Shown: positions 10,831-24,546, counted from the first letter of the whole stretch. The stretch is 60,566 nt of DNA, filler included, from Hausera hauseri (GCA_046269625.1; 11 parts of 11 records of this genome joined end to end with filler, not necessarily neighbours in it), one strand, 5' to 3'. Numbers and translations: made by a program. The notes: generated by a model from the sequence alone, not told the origin.

Positions 10831-12940
10831 ACCAATTTGACTCGTTTCCTCGATTATTACCAACTACGTTCCGTAGCATATCATAGAGTCGGTTATCGCT
10901 AATGACAGAAAATGGTCTATTCTGATGTTCTCCATCTTTTTCAAATAATTTGGACCAGTTTACTTCTCGACGCAATTTTCTAGTGGCTTTCCAGGCTAGA
11001 CTAGTGGCTCTGTTAAATTCATTTTCTCGAGTTGGTTTTGCTTTAATGGCCAAATATAGTAATACCTTCCTCAAATCGTTTATGGTATTTTCTACCATGG
11101 TTTTCGCAATAACTGTTTCAACGGTTTAAGCGCTTTTTGAAAACCTGAAACGGGAATTTCTTATTATTCTGGCTGCAGTATATATAGCCCCTTCCTTCTA
11201 TATATGTAATAGTAGTACGTTACTAGTACGACACCACGTAGACTAGAGTAGTTTACCATAAGTATTAAATTCTTTATGAATTCGTTTAATTCTTCGTTAT
11301 CGGCCTTGAAGGTCGGTATTGATATTTGCCTTAATTCTCAAATCAAGTTTCCTTTATAATCAATCTCTTCTCGTATTTTCCTTGGTCTACCAACGGGGCG
11401 TTACTGCCTTGCTATAACCCATACGACTTCGCTTTTACGTACTAAATTCTTACCATATTGTTCTTTGTCTTCGTCTCTTTGCAAGTACTCGAAATACATT
11501 GACGTGTCTGGTACTTCCATGATTCGCCCTACACATCTGGTCAGTTTTAGCCTTACATGTGGCTTTTTCTTTTGTTTCCTTATTAGCGACTATCACTAAC
11601 ATAAGATTGGATTCGTCTGGGATGATCCCAACGTCTATTAATTGTTTTAGTTCATTCAATATTCGTCCTCTAAAATTAAGTCTATAACTTAATTGGTTTC
11701 ATCTACCGTTATTTATTAACCACTGTTTTACATCTCACAGATGAATAAGTTGTAAATTATCATTCTTTTTCATTCGTCCATTCAGATAATACCTTTACTG
11801 TTAGTCACTTCGAGTTTATCCCTTAGGACTTTATCATTTCTTATTAAAAATTTTGGCACAGCACTGCAAATCGCATGTTCGCTAGATAATTTAGTCAGAG
11901 TAGGAATAAGTTGTCTTAAACTATTTTCAGTAATATTTACCTTAATTAGTTCAATAAAATCTCTTTCCCTCAGCGCTGAATCCGAAGAATTTCCACACTG
12001 AATCTCCGATTTTGTGGGCTGGTCTCCGTTTCGTACAGGGGTACAGTAGTTTTCGGATTCTCAGCAATTATTGCATCTAAATACATATCCCAATCTGGAT
12101 CGTTTTCATTTTCTGGATGTCCGTAGTCAATTATTGGCATCTCTAGTTGTCGGATTGTGTTTGCATTCCGTACCATTTCTCTTACTTCCCGTAATTTTTG
12201 TTGCATTTTGCCCATTTATGTTGTCTGGAAGCCATATACATTTCCGGAAACACGATGAAATAATTTTAACAATTGGCATAATTCATCTGCCTGAATAAAT
12301 CCTTTATATTAGTAATTGGTTAGTTCGGAAGCTACGTATCTGCCATATTTGTACAAATTCTGATTTATTGGCTACTTCCTATTCTTTAAGAGCGTATTTA
12401 TTTTTGTAGACTTCCAAATCTTTAGTTAACTCGTCTGTTACTGTTTTTCTTTATTCGGTACGAATTTTAGTTTTCTGAGTATTACGTATTCGACTCTGAG
12501 GTTGTCTTATTTTTTCGTACCTGATTTCGGCCATTCTACTAATAACAGCGGTATATTGTTTATCTCTTCTAGAATTTTAGAGTCGGGATGGATTTCGTCA
12601 ATTAATTTCTCTACGAAGATTGTTTCGTCAAACGTGAGTCCGTGATCTTTCATTATTTCCATTAATTCAGCATGTAATTTTTCATCTGGCCCAAGCATCC
12701 AATTAGCTGTACTTTCCAGGAATTTTAACACATCTGCAATAGAGTTCTCGTAGTCCGAACAGCACTGTAATATTTTTATTTCTTGCGTTGTGATGTCCTT
12801 TATGGATTTCTCCGTCGAGTGTCGGATCCCTTTTAAGTGAATACTTCTAATTCTAGGATAGAGGTGACATTTCATATTTTGTTTCAACTTAAAACCCGTT
12901 TCTTCAATAATTTTATATATTTGGTTTAATACTGCTTGTT
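10831..12940 (-). pseudogene. Decayed accessory region (Ubl + AT-hook) upstream of env
   Basis: Homologous to 47730-49882: LYPRIRSIHLKGIR, ENDPDWDMYLDAIIAENPKT, YRLNFRGRILNELKQLIDVGIIPD, RPVGRPRK, MVENTINDLRKVLLYLAIK. Confidence 0.85.
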
Positions 12941-13019
12941 GGCCACGTACGCGTCCACGTTGGCCACCTCATCTCCCAGCTTGGGTAGGGTTGGAAAATT
13001 CCCGCCCTCTGGTATGTCC

Positions 13020-13450
13020 GCTAAAACAGGGCTCTTACCTATCGTCTTCTGGACTGTCGATTTCAACGTAAATTCTATTTCTGATAGTATGTTCTCCCAG
13101 TCCACTCGATTTTTCTGCTGTCGTGGCATATATGTATTCTCTGATTGCTTAGAATTGTCACTCAATGATACCGTTTGTGTTGTAGTGGTGTGGGCTCGAA
13201 TAGCATATTTTTATATTCATTGATGACGCCATGTCTTTTATTAATTTCGACTCAAATGCTTTCCCGCAGTCTGTATGTATTTCTTTTGGTGCTCCGTATT
13301 TGAGGATCCATTTCTTTCATATCTCTGCTTTGATGGTTGCTTCATCTTGCTTCGGTATAGCAATTAGGGTTAAGTATCTACTGTACTGATCTATCATTGC
13401 TAAAATGTACCTTTTTTCTCCATGTCTCCTTCATTGGTCCACAGATATCT
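13020..13450 (-). pseudogene. Ty3/Gypsy integrase core fragment
   Basis: DICGP, YILAMIDQYSRY, YGAPKEIHTDCGKAFES, SSPHHYNTNGIIE, TVQKTIGKSP. Stops and frameshifts. Confidence 0.88.
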
Positions 13451-13550
13451 NNNNNNNNNNNNNNNNNNNNNNNNNNNNNNNNNNNNNNNNNNNNTTAATT
13501 AATTAANNNNNNNNNNNNNNNNNNNNNNNNNNNNNNNNNNNNNNNNNNNN

Positions 13551-14091
13551 AGGTATTTCGGCTGATCGAAAAAGTCAAAGTACAGCGGTCCACACATGGT
13601 AAGCGCTTTTGATTCTGCCACCCATACCTGACGGTTTGCCGCTGTGGCGTCATATCCGATGGTTTTCGTCAAATGAGTCATTTTCGTGTCTGTGTTGTAA
13701 TTCAGAGCCGTTTCAATGAGTGCTTTGATACTGTATAGACTGGTGTTGCCTTCGATTTTGACGTTGTTTAGAGTCAGTGAAGCCTCCTGGAACAGTGTGA
13801 GGAAAAGGTAATTGGCCGATGTGAGAGTAGCTGTTGCAGCGAGAACCGTTGATGCATCCTTTTTAACAATGACTTTTACATACAGTAGAGTATCGTTCAA
13901 ATGGGGATATTCTTTGTACGATGCCATAATGTTAAATCGAATGTCAATGTTATCGTCCGTTGAAAACAAATTAACGGAGTAGATTTCTTCAAATGCTGCA
14001 TTGTCAATATACACAATCCGAATTTTGCAGATTCCACTTGTCTGTTAATCGATCGAAAATCGTACGATGACAACGTTTGTTTATAGTTCAA
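13551..14091 (-). pseudogene. Polinton major capsid protein, N-terminal part
   Basis: FEEIYSVN..DIRFNI...YPHLNDTLLYVKV...NYLFLTLFQEASLTLN...YSIKALIETALNY. Truncated by the linker. Confidence 0.8.
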
Positions 14092-14099
14092 AAGCTAGC

Positions 14100-14402
14100 T
14101 TATCTACCACGTTTTCTCAAGCCACTACTAGCGAATTGTTTTTTGACCGATTCAATGACTCCCAATGCAGCGCTTTTTCTTTCTGACAAGGGGTTCTCCT
14201 TCAATGATGGTAAAATCGATTTGTTTTTATACAGTACATCCTGTGCGGTTTTTACTGCCACGGCTCCAATACGTTTCAACACTGGAAATGCCAAACGTAC
14301 CAATGTATGGAACCATCCAGAGCCATATCGTTTACCAACGAAATACGGCGGTTTACCGCCCAGCTTGGGGTTTACTGTAAATGGAAACGATTTCAGAATC
14401 AA
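14100..14402 (-). CDS. Polinton small basic core (pVII-like) protein
   Basis: YFVGKRYGSGWFHTLVRLAFPVLK motif directly upstream of the capsid gene. Confidence 0.65.
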   Translation of the reverse strand: MILKSFPFTVNPKLGGKPPYFVGKRYGSGWFHTLVRLAFPVLKRIGAVAVKTAQDVLYKNKSILPSLKENPLSERKSAALGVIESVKKQFASSGLRKRGR

Positions 14403-14419
14403 TCATGTTGTATGTTTCG

Positions 14420-15436
14420 ACGGAAATGAATAGTTTGACTTGTTGTAGTACTGTACGGAAATTCAATAATGTACAACGCGTCACATCGAATATTCATTTC
14501 AACATTGTTTATAAATGTAGACAAAACAGGTAGGTGCATTGGATTATCGAGCTTGATAGTGACATTGTCGCCAGCTGTATACTTGTCGCTTTCTGGATAA
14601 ATTGTACGGAGTACAGTACATGTACTCCACCAACCAAAATTGGTTTGGTGACGTTCACGTAAATGTACATTTGACTTAGCCCAGTTTTCAGTTTGGGTAT
14701 AAGTGTTGCAACATGTGCGGCCATCTTCGTATTCGATTCCTCAAACCGCTGTTTTTTAAAACCCAATATCATGGCCAAAGCTTTGACCAATGAAATGTCG
14801 ACAATATCCTTAACCAGTTCATATTTAATGTACCCATTTGCAACTTACTCAAAAACTTTAAATATCTCCTTGTACGTTTGATTTGAAGAAAAATGTTGAC
14901 AGAGATGTGCTACAGATTCGCAATAGACATTGTATCCAATCAATACGTATGACGTTGACACCCTTTTTGTTGTATTGGTAAATTTCACCGTTGTCTGGTA
15001 ATGTACGGGACTTAATCTTGGACCAACTGCATATTTACTTTTAATATGTTTACCTTTGTATCCTGTATTTGTAAATCCAAATTTCTGCGCCATATCAGAG
15101 GACTCAGAGGAGACAGTAAATTCAAAATCTGCAATAAAATGTAAGTTTTCTCCTAAAATAAAAACACCAATCTTGCCGTATAAACCGTAGTTTGTACTGG
15201 TCGTGCAAATGGCCGATTCTTTAACTACTATTTTATTGTCAGTAAGTATCAGAGAACAAGAATGTGTTTTGGTTTCAGTAACAGTCTTGATGTAGCGGTG
15301 CGTAAGGAAAGTTAAATTCTGTCAGTGGAACCTCCCATTTTCTAGATAAGTCCAAAGGATCGTTTTAATCTACAACGTATTCACTGGCTGAATTGTTCGG
15401 ACGAGTCGTCGGACAACTGTTGCTCTGCAACACCAT
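14420..15436 (-). pseudogene. Polinton minor capsid (penton-like) gene B
   Basis: N-terminal PNNSASEYVV..PLDLSRKWEVPL; C-terminal ALAMILGF...SQMYIYVNVTKPILVG. Confidence 0.6.
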
Positions 15437-15439
15437 GTA

Positions 15440-16512
15440 AATACTAATATTTGGAATGATGTCAGTGTTGATGACACAGTTTGTTTATTATCGACGTTGA
15501 CAATGTCGAAAATGTAACGTCAAATGTGTCGTTGACCCAAACAGAAATTTAATGGGTCCCAAAAATTATCAAGCATATACACGGAAATACTGTGTACAAT
15601 ATTGTGAGTCAATGATAAGTACATGGGTCTGAGCATATTAACGTGAACAGTTTCACCCGATGTTTTGTACGTGTCAGAATCCAGTTTGATAGAAGCCAGT
15701 AGTTGTTTACGTTCTCCAACAACGAGTACAGATTCGTTTAAGTCCGTTAAAATGTTGATTCGGTGAAATGCTCCATAGAGATATTTTGATAGAATTCGTG
15801 TTGTGAAAAACCTAGATTCCGAGCCAATAATTTATCAAAGGCACAATATGTAAAATTGTCATGGAGTGTAATCGAAATATGACCATCTGCGTTTATTTCA
15901 CATGTCTTTAGAGTTACTGTAACCGTTTTCTTGACGTATTCACACAATTCTAGTTCTGTTTCCATTAATAAATCGTGTTGTATAATATATGAGCGGAAGA
16001 CTGATTCTGACTTAGTTCGCTTTACTATAATATCGGATTTCGCAATAGGTGAAAGGTCCAATTTTTCACTAATTATAACAATTCCATCTAGCCGTAGACG
16101 TTTTGAGTGTGAATTGAGTGATTGAAAAACCTATGTCTGAGAATCAGCTATAAATTTAAACTGCATTTCAATGGGATTTCGACGCATTAGTTTTATACGG
16201 TAGTTTGAAAAATAAGCATAAACCGAGAAACGCTGTCGCGAATAATTGCGAAGAGTATATCGGTTATTGTGTCGGATTGTCGGCAAACGACTTCAAATAG
16301 GGTACGTTTCTTGTTGGGTAAAGTAAATACCACTATTCTGACGTATTGTCATTGGTGAAAGTGTAAATATGAATTCCATCAAAGCCACTTCCTAGGCTCC
16401 CTAGCGTAAATCGAGCGGCTGGTAAAAGTGCATGGTAAACTGTTTAACTGTATTGTCATTGTAGTCATGTTGTGATAATGATCTGTTACTATCAAGTACC
16501 AAGTAAATGCTG
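15440..16512 (-). pseudogene. Polinton minor capsid (penton-like) gene A
   Basis: YLVLDSN...NDNTVKQFTMHFYQPLDL..EVALME; later LARNLGF and VYA..FLGP. Confidence 0.6.
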
Positions 16513-17585
16513 CTACTGCCCATTGAATTTGTGATGCAAAAATCCAACTAAGTGCAGTGTATCCTTTCCACTTGACGAGATATTGCTTATTCGAACCTTT
16601 GCCACGTGAACATAGAATTTCCTGAATACGATATACATCGGATTTCTCGGGCAGTACCTGCAGCTCCTGTTCATAGAATTTACCGCGTATTTCCTCACCG
16701 TTTTAGTACTCTAAAACGTACATGACAAGTGTTTGTTTTGTGTTGATTGCTGAAATTCGGAAAACCTCTTCGCTGCAGTTCTAATTGAAATTTTTAATTA
16801 ATGGCGTCGTACTAATTTTTAAAATACGTACGTAAGCACCAATTTTATATTTTTGGTGTTTAACTATCTGTGGTTTTGTTCGGTTTCGATAAAACCACAT
16901 GTTTAAATCATCAATTACGTCAACCGGGTGCATTCCGTTGATTCCACGGTGTGTCGAGTGATTATATGCATGAATAATATCCGGCAGTACATTTATCCAG
17001 CGTTTATTGCTTTGCTTCGTAAAGAATTTGTTTAGGCGACCCCAAAAATGTTCGATTAAATCGTTCAACGAGTGCAGCCTTGTATTCGGAAAACACCGAG
17101 TAGTGGTTAACGCCAGACCATTTCAAGACCGCTGCAACGTGGGCGTTGTATAATTCATTATCCAAATCCGCTTGTAAATGCTTCGGCTGTTGTTGCTGTT
17201 TTATCAGTGTCTGAACAGTGTCGGCAATCTTTTTACCGCATTTAGATTTCACAGCAATTGCACGTGAAAAGCGACTAAACACATCAATATATGTCAGCAA
17301 GTACAGAAACTCATCCGTGATGCTGGGGTACGGAATCATTTCAATCATATCCATTTATCATATATTATTTATACTGGCAGCACGATATGCACGAATTGCA
17401 AAACGCCTTCGTATCGGTTTGTTTAGGTTGTATGCTAACTGTTTCCCGAGCCAACGTTGAATTTGTTGTCGAGTCTGTTTGACAGTCTTTGCCAGTTTAT
17501 CGACGCCAGTACACCAGACGGGATGACGTGGATAGAACCACACGTTGCCCATTGTTGTCGCTGGTGATGTCGTTTTTGTTTGCAT
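16513..17585 (-). pseudogene. Polinton retroviral-like integrase with C-terminal chromodomain-like segment
   Basis: YLLTYIDVFSRF, PKHLQAD, KAALVERFNRT, WINVLPDIIHAYNHSTHRGI, YKIGAYVRI. Frameshifted. Confidence 0.9.
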
Positions 17586-17689
17586 TGCAAATATTTGAAC
17601 GAAACGTTAATGAAAGATTCGGTAAACTGGTGCAAAAAGATAAAAACTATGTACCGATATCGTTAAATCATTGTATACTTACAGTCACA

Positions 17690-18072
17690 ATTTATACTAT
17701 ACTGTTGCCACCGACGATACCACCCAGTAATGACGTCAAAACCGGTAGAATTTCAACAAAGAATCCTTTATCTTACTGGTACATGACCTCTAGTTTCAAT
17801 CGTTTACTACGGTCATTGGCAAGGCCAATGAGTTTTTTTCGGTATTTTAGTAAATTCCGCTTTCCACTACCAATATCAACGTGAGTCACAATGATATTGT
17901 ACAAAATTTCCATCAAATCGTCTACTGCAAACTGTGGGAATGATCGCAGCATGTTTCTCTTATGTCTCGTAGGTGCCTTGAGCAAAGCAATAAAGTACGG
18001 CTGACTACGTTTGAATCGCATTTTTTGGCACATTGATGCTGATGAGATGTAGTTGCTTATAACTGTTGCCAC
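17690..18072 (-). pseudogene. Polinton conserved small virion protein
   Basis: LMEILYNI...KGFFVEILPVLTSLLGG amphipathic tail, located between ATPase and integrase. Confidence 0.55.
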
Positions 18073-18240
18073 TGTGACGATAATTTGCGACTATCTGCTG
18101 CTGTTGCTGTTCGAATCACAGAAAGGATTAATCGCTTGACTGAAGCGGTGGTTCGTTTTGATACACGGTTCTTACCTGACATCCGCTTCGTTGGTTTATG
18201 TTTAACAGTCGTTTTTCGGAAATTCTTCATTTTATCACAA

Positions 18241-18870
18241 TCATGTCGTTGATGTTCGAATTTGTTTATAGACGCATACACCTTTTTGATTGAAAATGTC
18301 TGTTCGTACAAGTATGCCATCGGGACACTGTTGTGTAAAGTCAATGAACAAGTATCCATGTGGCTCGGTCGTAGCATCATGATATAAATCTATCAAGTAG
18401 GCTTGGTTTCGAGGAAATGCTTGTCGTGCAACATAATCAATGATAGTCTGATCACGGAGATTTTTGAACAACACCAAATAATGTACGTTTAGATTTCTTG
18501 TTCGATGCTGTTTTACCTGATGGAACATGTTTTGCGCAATGAAAATAACCGTCACACCACAGTGTCGTGCAATCTTCGTGAACAGGTTGTTGAAGTCCGA
18601 TTGTTTCGTGGCCTCTTGAAATAAATCGTCAGTGACAATAACATCAACGTTGAGTAATCTTTCTGACCGATTCTTATCAAATCCATCAACTACAGTTATC
18701 GATTTTAATTTTTAAAATTCACGACTTGTCAAACCGAACTCACCATCATCACCAACACTCTGATGCCAGTATATGTGATTGTACCGCGGTGAATGGAACA
18801 TGTCACGGTAGTTTTGGAATAGTTTACACACAAAGTGTGTTTTTCCACTTTTACTGGGGCCTACAATCTG
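18241..18870 (-). pseudogene. Polinton A32/FtsK-like packaging ATPase
   Basis: Walker A IVGPSKSGKT, Walker B VIVTDDLF, FTKIARHCGVTVIFIAQNMF, HYLVLFKNLRD, PHGYLFID. Confidence 0.9.
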
Positions 18871-19008
18871 GAAAAGTGCATCATTCTGCTGCTTTATCTA
18901 ATAATAATNNNNNNNNNNNNNNNNNNNNNNNNNNNNNNNNNNNNNNNNNNNNTTAATTAATTAANNNNNNNNNNNNNNNNNNNNNNNNNNNNNNNNNNNN
19001 NNNNNNNN

Positions 19009-21775
19009 AAATAAAATTGACGCAACAGGTCAACCAACCCTCAATGAGTTCCTGGACTATGCAGCAAATGAAAGTAGGCAAATCAAGCAGGACAATTCGG
19101 TGGAACTTCAGGTCATTCAAGTCAACCTTAAATTAGAGGCAGCATACAGTAATGTCGATAACGAAATATCAGATCGGACCTTCAAGACGAAGAATAGGAC
19201 AATAATGCAGTCTAACAACATTCATGAATGGATCAATGAGGAATATTCAAAACTTCTCCATGAAGCTGAGGAGAGCCAGGATAAGTGGAACGGCTGGGCT
19301 CTCTCATCAGTCAAGCGATTGTTGATTCATGTATACAAGTACAGCCCGATGAGAGGTAGCTCGTACATAGAGCAACCAGAATGGATCCGCAAGAAGAAAG
19401 CATGTGTATATGTGCACAATCAGGACAACAGGTGCTTTAAATATTCAATCTTGTCTAAACTTATAGCGGATGAACATAATGCCTCGCGGGTTGGGTGGTA
19501 CAATGACCTACGGCATAGCTATGATTTTTATTGCATCACGTTTCCAACAACTCTGGAGGAAATCAAGAAATTTGCACATGTGAACCAGATGTCCATTAAT
19601 ATATTTGCAGTAAACGAATCAAATAGATTCTATTCCCTAAACGTGTGTGAAGTGGAACGCGATGACTATAGGGATCTTCTCATGATAGACAGTGGTGATA
19701 ACAGCCACTACATGTGGATAAAGAATTTCAAACGCATCGTCAGATCCCATATTACAAAGAATCATAGAAAAATTTTTAGCGGCGAAGTTGCTGAGGAGAA
19801 GCTCAAGGAACACATGATGCGCTCCAATAACAACTATTGCATCCGGACTGAATTCCATAAATAAGATTATATCGAGTTTCAGGAGTACGAAAAGATGATC
19901 AAAGTGCCAGTAGTTATCTACTGCAACTTTGAAGCGATCCTCAGACCAATGCACAGTTATAGTCCCAATCCTCAATGGAGTAGCACAACGGCATACCAGG
20001 AGCATGAGTTATCATCATACTGTATGTATGCCAAAGGACTCGATACGGAGGTATTCTTATTCAGGTGTCCAAATGCAGCGGCACACTTCATAAAGCAATT
20101 AGAGGATGTGGTTTACAGAATTGAAGAGATTCGACAGCAGCATAAAGAAACAAATGTGATGTCGTCATCAGAGAAACGAGATTTGCATATGGCAACATCA
20201 TGCAACCTATTCAAAGGACAATTTACGATGGAGAACAGAAACGTAAATACAGAGGCGCAGCTAGCAACAATTGCAGTCTGCGCTGCAAAATTTGTTCTCA
20301 TGTCCCCGTCATATTCCACAATCTCAGTGAATATGACTCCCATTTCATTATTTGTGAATTGGGTAACATGAAAGGTGACATTCAGGTAATCCCGAATAAT
20401 GAAGAGAAATATATATCATTCACTAAATATGTGAGCCACACCAGACTTAGATTTATTGACAGTTGTCGTTTTATGGCATCGTCACTGGACATACTGGTCA
20501 AAGGTCTACCAGAGGAAGAGTTAAAGGAAACGAAAAACTTCTTCCCAACAACTTTCGATTTAGTCAAACGGAAGGGTGTTTTCCCCTATGATTATATAAG
20601 GTCATAAGGATCATTGGACGAGACAACTCTTCCAGCTAAGAAGCACTTCTACAGCCAGCTATCAGGCACAAATATCAGTGATACTGATTATGAACACGCA
20701 CAGCGCGTCTATAAGACATTCAAATGCAGGACAATTAGAGATTATAGCGATGTATATCGCCAAATAGATGTGCTGCTACTCACAGACGTCTTTGACAGAT
20801 TCAGAGACGTCACACTTGCGAGTCACAAGCTGGATCTAACTCATTTTTTTATTGCCGTCGGAATGAGTTGAACGCCAATGCTCGGATATATGATTGTAGA
20901 TCTTAAAAGGCTATGATATGGTCCTCATAATCAAGTGAGGAATGAGGGGAGAAATCTGCCAGACCATTCACAGATATAGTGAGGCTAACAACACTTATAT
21001 GGCAGATTATGATGCAATGAAACCATCGCAATACGTCACATACCCAGATGCCAACAACCTATATGGTTGGGAAATGAGCAACCCATTACCATACGGCAAT
21101 TTTCAATGGGATGAGCAGCCGGACGAGATCAAGATCCAGGACCTGGACCCAAATGGAGATGTTGGATACATATTGGAGGTAGATGTGGAATACCCCAATG
21201 ATATCCACAAAAGGCATGAACAGCTGCCTTTCCTCCCAGAGAGCAAACAGCCGCCAAACGGAAAATTTACAAAATTGCTCTGTCATATGGAGAACAAGGA
21301 GAGATATGTAGCACATTACATTAATCTCCAGCAGGCGATAAAGAATGGACTCCGCATCACGAAGATCCATCGAGCCCTCCAGTTTAGTTAATCCTGGTGG
21401 CTGCAACCATATATCGGTTTTAACACAAAGATGAGGACAGAAGCGAAAAACGACTTCGAAAAGGACCAGTACAAGTTGTACAAGAACAGTGTGTTCGGAA
21501 AAACAATGGAGAGCATCAATAACCGAATAAATATAGAGCTGATCTGTGATTGGAAGAGGGCGAAAAAACTAACTGCGAAGCCCATATATGTTGGCATGTC
21601 CATACTGGACATATCGAAGACACTAACGTATAATTTCCATTATAACATAATGGTGCCAATATTCAACAAAAGGCTAAAGCTAATGTACATGGATACGGAC
21701 TCCTTCGTGTATCAAATCCAAACGGTGGGCATGTATGATGACTTTGCCAGATTATCTGCCCATATGGCTAAATAA
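19009..21775 (+). pseudogene. Polinton/adintovirus protein-primed DNA polymerase B
   Basis: GSSYIE.PEWI..KKA, NQDNRCFKYS, VIFHNLSEYDSH, RFIDSCRFM, RKGVFPYDY, DANNLYGWEMS, KLYKNSVFGKTME, YMDTDS. Multiple frameshifts. Confidence 0.95.
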
Positions 21776-21962
21776 AGGATAGTAATAATCGGACTATATA
21801 GGATAATGATAATAATACTACATAAACTAATACTAAATAAACTAAAAAAGTAAATACTTAAGCAATTGACAATGGATAATTCAAATTAGTAATCAATATC
21901 TTTACACATTACACAGTTATATGCATTGATACTTCATTAATTCAAATTTCAAAAATTAAATT

Positions 21963-22131
21963 ATGGAAAATGAATGCTCAATATGCTTCGAGCCGATGCG
22001 TGGTGCAAAGATAGAATCGCCACATTTGATGATCACTTATTCTGTTGCAGTTGTCTACGACAGCGGCTGAGGCGTAGCATGACGTGCCCCATGTGCAGGG
22101 CAGAGTGTGAATACGCCGTTGTGCATGATTA
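21963..22131 (+). pseudogene. Small RING-finger gene downstream of pPolB
   Basis: MENECSICFE (frameshift) HLFCCSCLRQRLRRSMTCPMCR. Confidence 0.75.
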
Positions 22132-22430
22132 AGAGGACCAATGTATATATGTGATTTGGGTCCAGATCATGCTAACTGTTGCTCATAGATCAGGTTAAGA
22201 TAGGATTATATATTCGTTTGAGTACTTCGTCATTTGGGGCAACATATAAAGATTCTTAAAGAAATACCTGAAGGGGGAGTTCGAGGGCGGTTCGGTATGT
22301 AAAATACCTGCGCCTTTGATTATTGGACAAGAAGGTACGTAATCTTCATTGTTAGTCATATCAGCATTACATACTTGATCCTTTTGTCTTCATAGTTAAC
22401 CTTTTGCAGATCAATTAATTTCAAAACAAG

Positions 22431-22553
22431 GTATGGTATTTAGTTCGATTCCAACTAAGGATGTGGGTTCATAGTGTATGGTATTCAGTTCGATTCCAAC
22501 TAAGGATATGGGTTCATAATGTATGGTATTTAATTTAACTCCAACTAAGGACA
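22431..22553. repeat. About 3 copies of a 42-bp tandem repeat
   Basis: GTATGGTATT(T/C)AGTTCGATTCCAACTAAGGAT(G/A)TGGGTTCATA units. Confidence 0.85.
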
Positions 22554-23350
22554 TGTAATTACACGCTGAATTATATCCTGAAAACCTGGGCATTTGAATT
22601 GTCATCATACCCATAATTCAACGAATATATTCATGATCAGAGAAGAATAAACTCCATATTTCAATTCATGTACATTTCGAATAATTACCATTGTTTAGAC
22701 CTTACAGGCGTGTTTTAATTTAGTCCGCATTTTCACCAGGCCATATTTATCCTATCAGACCTATCTTGCAATTTCAAGTGATTATGCACGATTACTAGAA
22801 TTCCACCTTCGCTTATTGCATCTTTACAAATCAGGTATATACTATATATTTAAATTAACGATATACAAAAGCTTTATTAAACTAGGTTTACATTGTACCT
22901 TAATTATTATTTATTTTAACGTTTACTCATTTCAGCATCCTTTCGGTGTCCCCGTAACCACTACCAGTCGCCGGTTATTAAGTTTTTCAGAAATATATTT
23001 CTTTTCCTCTTTATCTCCTCAGTTTGTAATTCGGTATCGTTCATGGGTATCCTTGTTACACTCATGGATTTCTCATTTTCGCGTGTGTCGATTGTAAATA
23101 TCTGGGTATATGGCTCATCTTCGTTAATCAGTCGGGTCATTCCTCATTAATCATACTCATTCATTACTCACAGATAGGGTCCTCCCAACGATTCGGCTTA
23201 TAATCTCGGGTAGTAGTTATTCTACGGATTAAACGAATAAATGTGAACCCAACTACGCAAAGTATACAAAAATTACTCTAAATATCCACTTCTCGTTTAC
23301 CACAACAATCGTTAACCACAGTCCGATAATATTATTCAATTTTAAATCGT

Positions 23351-23424
23351 TATCCAATTTTAAATCATAACCAAAGGATGTTATCTAATTTTAAACTATA
23401 ATCAAAGGATGTTGTCTAATTTTA
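23351..23424. repeat. About 2.5 copies of a 31-bp tandem repeat
   Basis: TTATC(C/T)AATTTTAAA..ATAA(C/T)CAAAGGATG units. Confidence 0.75.
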
Positions 23425-24546
23425 GAACCTACATTCATTGTAGATACCAAACATCGCCAATGATCTATATCTTTACTTGTAAACCACATAAGAGGATCTT
23501 GGGCATATACAATAGAAAAATAACGTCATATTTTATATTCATTAGTCCCACATACAATATTCGGTGTCGACTATCAGAATTAGGCTCATCAAATTTGCAA
23601 TTTACAAGAAATATGATCATATTGGTCCTTTTTACCCGTACTGCTCATTACGCTTCAGGGTCATCCCTTAGATAACGATCAATTGTCCCCATAATAATTT
23701 ATACACTCGATTTGTCTCCTTTTCCGATTGATACCAATTTCTGGAGAATCTGGTTCGATTGCGAACATGAATTTAATCAACTCCTTCGTCAACCTCAAAT
23801 CAAACATAATAACACTTTTTATCGTGGTCGCATTTATCATTTATTTCCAGTTATTATTGGAATGCGAAATGGAATGATCACAAATCCATGGTTCCTGTAA
23901 ATATATTCGACAACAGACCTGTCATGCGAATCGTCCACTACCCATCTGCATTAACTCTCGTAGCTCGCTTTTTATCGTTTGATCGACATATATCTTTTCC
24001 ATGAACATCTTTTCGGTTCGGATTCGTTGTCGACGAATGATTCATAATCTAGTTACCTGCTGTTGTACAATAAGTATAATATCTCTATTCAACAGACAAT
24101 CCGATCAAATAAATTCGATTTCAATTTATAAACTTTATTACATTACAAAGGGTTACACTAAATACGTGCACGCGGTGTTTCGAGAAGAATTAATACTAAT
24201 TATTCATTTCATTTATGATCAACATATCATTATTACCATTATCCTCATCAGTAGATCGTTGTGGTTCATCGTTTCTTGTTGCCATTATATATCTTGTTAT
24301 TGCACAATAAGAATTTTCTTTAATATTGGTATCTCAGCACGGTGATTGCTCGGTACTCTTCCAAAGACGATGATTTCGTAATAGTTTGTGGTCAATTCCA
24401 ATAATTTACTTCTAAACCGTTTCTAAAATACGTATCAATGAAAGTAAGTCACTATACCTGTGACTAGTACTCTGTATTTTCGAGAGGTCCAATTTCAGTT
24501 ATGGTTCTATGATATTTCGTGGTTACAAGGTGTGGTTTTGTGCTCT

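Larger units (their letters stand above)
13551..18908 (-). mobile_element. Polinton/Maverick structural and integrase block, decayed
   Basis: Co-oriented ATPase, small virion proteins, integrase, penton-like genes and major capsid gene. Confidence 0.9.

Noticed and set aside
22431-22553. Repeat array as a possible CRISPR
   Set aside because: Contiguous tandem units without unique spacers, no cas genes, eukaryotic context.
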